A stretch of 64,000 bases of DNA, from NCBI GenBank assembly GCA_047495785.1, contig JBLDXI010000043.1:310001-374000 (forward strand). Direction: 5' to 3'. Below are positions 58,476 to 64,000 of this stretch, in pieces. Numbering within the stretch: the first letter of the stretch is position 1; every line of letters starts with the position of its first letter. The notes below the pieces were generated by a model. That model did no database searches. It saw only the letters and a program-made list of their open reading frames with translations, and was not told the DNA's origin. This stretch comes from Lepidodermella squamata. Its lineage: Eukaryota; Animalia; Gastrotricha. The position numbers and the translations under genes were made by a program.

Positions 58476-59832
58476 GTGCAAGGACATTGCGATGACATGC
58501 ATAGTGGAACTTGTATGAATTTAAACAAGCAATAAAACTAAAGGGGACAGTTCACACCCAACGTAGTAGAGTTGTATGATTTCCTATACTGCATGTGATC
58601 ATAGATCATTGACAGGTATTTCTATCGCAAGAATACCTAAATATCAACAAATCACCAGACCATTGGTCGCATCAATTTCTTGCTGTCGTCGGATTTTATA
58701 GGATTCATAGACTGAACGACAATTGTGCTCATGGCGTGGAGATGAATAAATATATTGACTCAAATCATCTGAAGCAAATGTCTCGTGTTTCAAGTTAGAT
58801 CACCACGCAGATGTCTTGAGGAATGGCAATGGCAGTGGTTCTTAAACTATTTTCGCCTCCCGGTCAAAAATGGCGAGTGGCTGGCGACCTTTCCGGCCCC
58901 ATTGCTTCTGGAACTGTCAACCGGCCGCTTCTAACAATAAAATAGGACATTCCCGGCCGCACGCCTCAATAATCGAGAATTGAAGTTCTCGAGTGCGCTT
59001 TTAAACCGATTGGTTATTGAAGTGGGGTTTGAGCGGTGGTTCTTGACTGAATGTTTACACGTCCCCAGGTTGGTCATTCAACAGAAGTCGCGACCCACCA
59101 CTCTCAAAAAGTCAACAAGTGAAAGAAATGTTATGTAATATATTGGCCTCCAAACTTCAAACCCGTGCATCATTTAACCGTGCGAGTTCTAGCTAACGAT
59201 ATTTTTCCAGAATTCTTCCTGAAAATGGGCTCAAAATGCGTTAATAGTGGGCTTTTCTCGCCGCGACTCTCGCGAACCCACGACCGCAAAGCCTTCCGCG
59301 ACCCTTTTCAAATTTGCACGCGATAGCTGAGGTGGGCTAGACCGTAAGCGATTCTTGCAGTGGACACTTCGAAGGGGAGTCCAGAGCTGCGTAATAGCCT
59401 AGCGGGCTGTTTTTTCGTGAACAAGTTGGTAATTGAGTGTGGGGCTTCTCCTTATTGAAATATTTGAAAGTGAATCAGCGAGCGAAGCGAGGAACCTTTA
59501 ATTAAGAAAACTGTGGCTATTTATCATTCGGATACGTCGAATTTTGCTGTAAATGCGCAAAAATTATGTGAAACCCTGGACTGTTCACCTCAAAAGAGCC
59601 GTCCGACGGCACACAATGCAAGAGATAGGCGGACCTCTGCCGGCAGCATGCGGCCGGAAAAACGGGATTTGAGAACCACTGGGCTATGGCGTCTTTGCCA
59701 TCTTCCTCCTCGAGATCAAATGATCATATAGGCAGATCGTTTAATCCGCCCACGGCCAAGTTTTCCTGAAGACTTTTCTGTCAAAATTTGTTAAAAGCTT
59801 ATAATATAAGAGAAAGAGGTCGTGATTTATTT

Positions 59833-60737
59833 CTATACGATTGGTTCGCCTTTGATATCAAACTTTTGAAAAGCATTAGCAACTTCACGCAAGCCAGCTA
59901 GGCCGAGAGCTGTCTCGCCATCCGGTCTCCGCTCGCGTATCGAAGCATCAGCACTCCGCTTCAGCAGATACTCAACCATTTCAGCCTGGTCGTTCGCCGC
60001 CGCAAACATCAACGCAGTCCAGCCATCGGCTGTTTTCTGCCTAGCATTCACATCGGCGACAGAGCAACTTGAAGTTCGGCCTCTTGACGCTGGGAAAATG
60101 CACAGCAGATCTGCAACTTTTCGAGAGCCCTTGGCTGCGGCGAACATCAGAGCTGAATTGCCGTCTTCAGCCTGGAGGTTCACGAATTCTTTCAAGCGTT
60201 TCATCGCGAGATCGAAGCCGTACTCGTGCGTATCGAGTTGAAACTTCTTATTGAGCACAAATTCGACGATTCGGTCGTTGGAATGCCAGGCTGAGAGATG
60301 CAAGCAAGTGCTGCCAGTCGCCCATGAGTAAAAACTGTATCGCAGTGAACCGTGGCGATACGAGTCGTATTTGGTCGCGAGCAGGGTTAAAGCTTCGGTT
60401 TTCGATTTCCCGACGAATAACGCCTCCAATTCAGGTAGATTGCCGTCGATGCAGTAGAGCAAAAAGTTCTGAAAACATTCTCCATCTTAATAATGTGATA
60501 AACCGGGAATCCGTGAATCCTCTTCACTTTGCAATAAAAGCAGTATATACTTACCCGCTCTTCCCTATCTGCAGTTTTGCTGGATGTGAGGAATACTCGA
60601 AAGACAAAGTAGCCAGTGGTGAGAAATAACCCAGCAAGTGCTATGCGCTTTAGTGCATTTGCTGAGTAGGTTTTCTTCAAACGCCGGACATCGGATGAGT
60701 CGAGTTGTGAAGAATTTGAATTTTTCTTTCGCTGCAT
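59833..60737 (-). CDS. Signal-anchored (type II-like) ankyrin-repeat protein (exons 60737-60555, 60468-59833)
   Basis: Basic N-terminus, hydrophobic IALAGLFLTTGYFVFRVFL, and an 86-nt phase-0 intron leading into ankyrin repeats (STCLHLSA, NSALMFAA, GWTALMFAA, GETALGLA). Confidence 0.8.
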
Positions 60738-62571
60738 TGTAATTCTTGCTCGTTAATTCTTATTACACTATAATTTGGCCACTGCCTGGTATGGCTGCGC
60801 ACGATTTGGGGCTATCTTATCTCTCCCTATTGAACTCATTTCGCACTCCCAGATTAGGCATTTACTTGGGCATTTTCATGAGTGATTTTATCTTCAACTT
60901 GGCGCAGTAAAGCATTAAGAACAAATGAATAAACGGAGCATATTTGGTTACGTTACCAGCCCCCGAAAAGTGAGAAGTGCCGCGACCCCTTAGCACCGAA
61001 AAAAAACACATGGGGGACCTTTTGGTTTATTCGGATAGATCTAGAAATTCCCGGATCCAACTTCACACACTGGAATCTCTGGAATACGCCGAGAGTGAGT
61101 TGATTGAGAGATCGAACTAAGAATTCAACATAATTGATAGGGATCCATCCTGTCCGATGGGAGGAGTTCAAAAATTGAGGTATAAATATTAGGTTGGTCG
61201 CACCACAGATCTATATTTTAATAATTCAAAATGTTCAACTTCATTTGAATGACGCCGCCTAACAAGCCCCAACCCTCGACAGGGCACGTAGCATACAGGT
61301 ATACCTTGACAAATAAACTTAAGATTATTAGAACGCAATTTATCTATTGTTTACAGTTAGCACTATGTCAGCCATAGTAAGTTAGAGCACACTTTTTCTT
61401 ATCTCCTATACTTATCGCCCAAGTTGCTAATGGGCGGTTCGCAATTTCAGCTTATCGCAGTGAGCGAAGTAGAATCTTTGAGCTAGGAGCTATTTTCGGG
61501 ACCAAATTTCGGGACCATAGCCTCTACCTACTATATTCTCATGGCGTTCCACAGGCCTGGTTTACGGGGTCAAGGTGACTAGCAGCGCAAATTTAATTTT
61601 GGTTATTACGGCCCGTTCTTGCTATTGCTCTGGGTGAATTCAATGTCAAAATATGCCCCGTGCTTCAGAGTAGTTTCCCCAAGTTGCATTCTATTTCAAA
61701 ATGCGGCAACTGAAGTAAATTGGCTAGGGTGTACAGATCTGCGACGAAATTCCGGCTTAGTAAGGGTCATCATTAGCATTCGCGTCTTTACAAGGATTAT
61801 GGCCTGCGTGTAATCAAATATATACCATCATTTGTTATTCCAGTTTTTACACAGATTCCCGATACCCTCATAGGTTCGTTACAGCGATGTGTCTGATAAG
61901 CTAAATAAAATGAAGCGAATCGGCGGCGGCTCGAAGCGGTCTGAAATATCGAAAAGCGACGCCGATCAACTTGTATGAGAGTTAGCAGCAAATCCTTCGT
62001 AAGAAATTATACGTATAATAATAAGAAATTTTACTTCAAAGATAACGTTGAAGACTAAACCTCTCCAAATGCCCAGATTATTCTAAACCTTGGATTTTCC
62101 GTGAATGAGTGGGCCCGGCAATTCTGCATGACGTGATACTGCTGGTTCAGTCCGGTTTTATTTCGTAATTGTCACTCTTTTGTTTGAAATCGAACATTGA
62201 AATTCAGAAAATCCGGAATTGAGAGCCGGGGAAATCTCGGCCATAGTGTGAGAAATACATTGAAGAACAGCGAGGTTATTCAAGGATAGCGTGAATAGCG
62301 AGGAGATGCATTAAAAAATGGAGCGCTAGCCGACAGTAAATCCCAGTAATTTACCGGGCGTCGTCTAATGAAGTTTTATCACATCTTTAGCGCCGTCGAA
62401 AAACTCGGATTTAGGCGTTTTTACATGAGACCCAAAGTGATTGGTAAAAGATAAAAAATCGTTAGGTTTTGTCACTTCGTTAACGCCGTTTTTTACTTGT
62501 CACCCGTCACCTGGAAATGAATGTTTCATTTTGAGTTTTTATGGTTTTAGCTTTGAGTCACGTTTTGACAG

Positions 62572-63962
62572 GTTGTGTACAACGAGCGATACCACCATTG
62601 TGCCAGATTCAGCAGCGACATTGAAGGCAAGATCGCATACAATGCAATACAATTTCTCAACATTACCTACAGTTACTATTTGAATACTCGAGTCAGCGGA
62701 GAATGTTGCCTGAAATTGAGAAATTGCTGGAGGATAGGCGTCTGAATTTGGATGTGAACAGTCGAAACGACGACGGCTTCACGCCACTGATGATTGCAGC
62801 TCAGAAAGGATTCAATGAATTCATGAAGCCATTAGTAGAAACGTATGGAGCCAACGTTGACTTGAAAGACGATCAAGGCAGAACAGCAGTGTACATGGCT
62901 GCTAAATATGGGCATATCAGAGTTGTGCAAGTCCTCGCCAAAGATTTGAGGGCGAATGTCGAAGCAGCGGAGAATGGCGGAGCGACGCCGTTATACATAG
63001 CTGCTCAGAATGGCCACTTGGACATCGTGAAACTTCTCGCTGATGACTTCAAGGCCAAAGTGAATGCAGCGGCAGATGATGGGGTTACGCCGTTATGGAT
63101 CGCTGCTCAGGAGGGTCACTTGGACATCGTAAAGCTTCTTGTTGGAGACTTCAACGCTGATGTGAATGCAGCGGCGGATGATGGCCTTACACCATTAACA
63201 ATTGCTGCTCAGCAAGGTCACTCGGAAGTCGTAAAGCTTCTCGCTCGAGACTTCAATGCCGAAGTAAATGCGGCGAGGAACGACGGTTCTACGCCGTTGT
63301 TTTTCGCTGCCTTCTACAATCATGCAAAAATCGTGAAGCTCCTCGCTGGAGACTATGAAGCTGATGTGAATGCAGCTAGGAACGACGGTGTCACGCCGTT
63401 ATTCGTCGCTGCTTACAACAGTCACTCGGAAATCGTGAAGCTTCTCGCCGGAGACTTCAAAGCCAACGTGAATGCAGCGACGAATGATGGCGTTACGCCA
63501 TTATTCGTCGCCGCTCAGGAGGGTTACTTCGAAATCGTTAGGCTTCTCACTGAAGACTTCAAAGCCGATGTGAATGCTGCCAGACAAGATGGTGTTACGC
63601 CGTTATTCGTGGCTGCTCAGAATGGCCACTTGGATGTCGTGAAGCTTCTCGTTAGAGACTTCAAAACCGATGTGAATGCATGGGCTGATGATGGTTCTAC
63701 GCCATTATTTATGGCTGCTCAGAATGGTCACTTGGAAGTTGTAAAGCTTCTCGTTGGAGACTTTAACGCCGATGTGAATGCAGCGACGAATGACTGCGTT
63801 ACGCCTTTATTCATAGCTGCTCAGGAGGGTCACTTGGAAGTCGTGAAGCTTCTCGCCGGAGACGTCAAAGCCGATGTGAACGCAGCGAGAAATGATGGTC
63901 TTACGCCGGTATCCGTGGCTGCTCAGATGGGTCACTTGGATATTGTTAATGTTCTCGCATAA
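62572..63962 (+). CDS. Ankyrin-repeat protein (12 repeats, mostly 34 aa), paralog of the kinase-ankyrin C-terminal half; small upstream exon 62572-62626 and GC-AG intron 62627-62672; 5' end unresolved
   Basis: MLPEIEKLLEDRRLNLDVNSRNDDGFTPLMIAAQ is nearly identical to the sequence from 13524. The homologous linker exon (TIVPDSAATLK|LLFEYS) is retained. No kinase motifs are seen upstream. Confidence 0.8.
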
Positions 63963-64000
63963 TCGTTCTATGCAGAGAAGGCGCGAGATAAGGGTGCTGT

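Overview
This is eukaryotic, invertebrate animal genomic DNA: gene-dense, with many ~46-90 nt GT-AG introns. The taxon cannot be fixed from the sequence; an acoel-like compact-intron genome is only a guess. The six-frame ORF track splits most genes, so exon structures were reassembled by hand. Contents in order: (1) the 3' end of a type IV collagen with TWO tandem NC1 domains; (2) a secreted 3xCCP/Sushi protein; (3) a membrane-anchored protein ending in a bacterial-type lytic-transglycosylase/lysozyme-fold domain; (4) a NEK-like kinase fused to 8 ankyrin repeats, with a kinase-less 12-repeat paralog at the far end of the window; (5) a Harbinger transposase relic; (6) two tandem genes that splice into a signal peptide - inactive trypsin homolog - Thr-rich linker - 3xCCP - ankyrin fusion; (7) an LRRC74-like gene hosting tRNA-Cys in an intron; (8) a 2-TM PIRT/TMEM100-like gene and a class C (GABA-B-like) GPCR with an in-frame stop; (9) an array of intronless orphan 7TM receptors (6 intact, 4 broken) interrupted by a secreted dienelactone hydrolase and LINE fragments; (10) Pellino, a small secreted protein and a double-knottin peptide; (11) a signal-anchored ankyrin protein of the same subfamily as the fusion ankyrins. 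Several MITE/foldback repeats are scattered throughout. The best novelty candidates are the apparently extracellular ankyrin family, the double-NC1 collagen IV and the transglycosylase-like horizontal-transfer (HGT) candidate.
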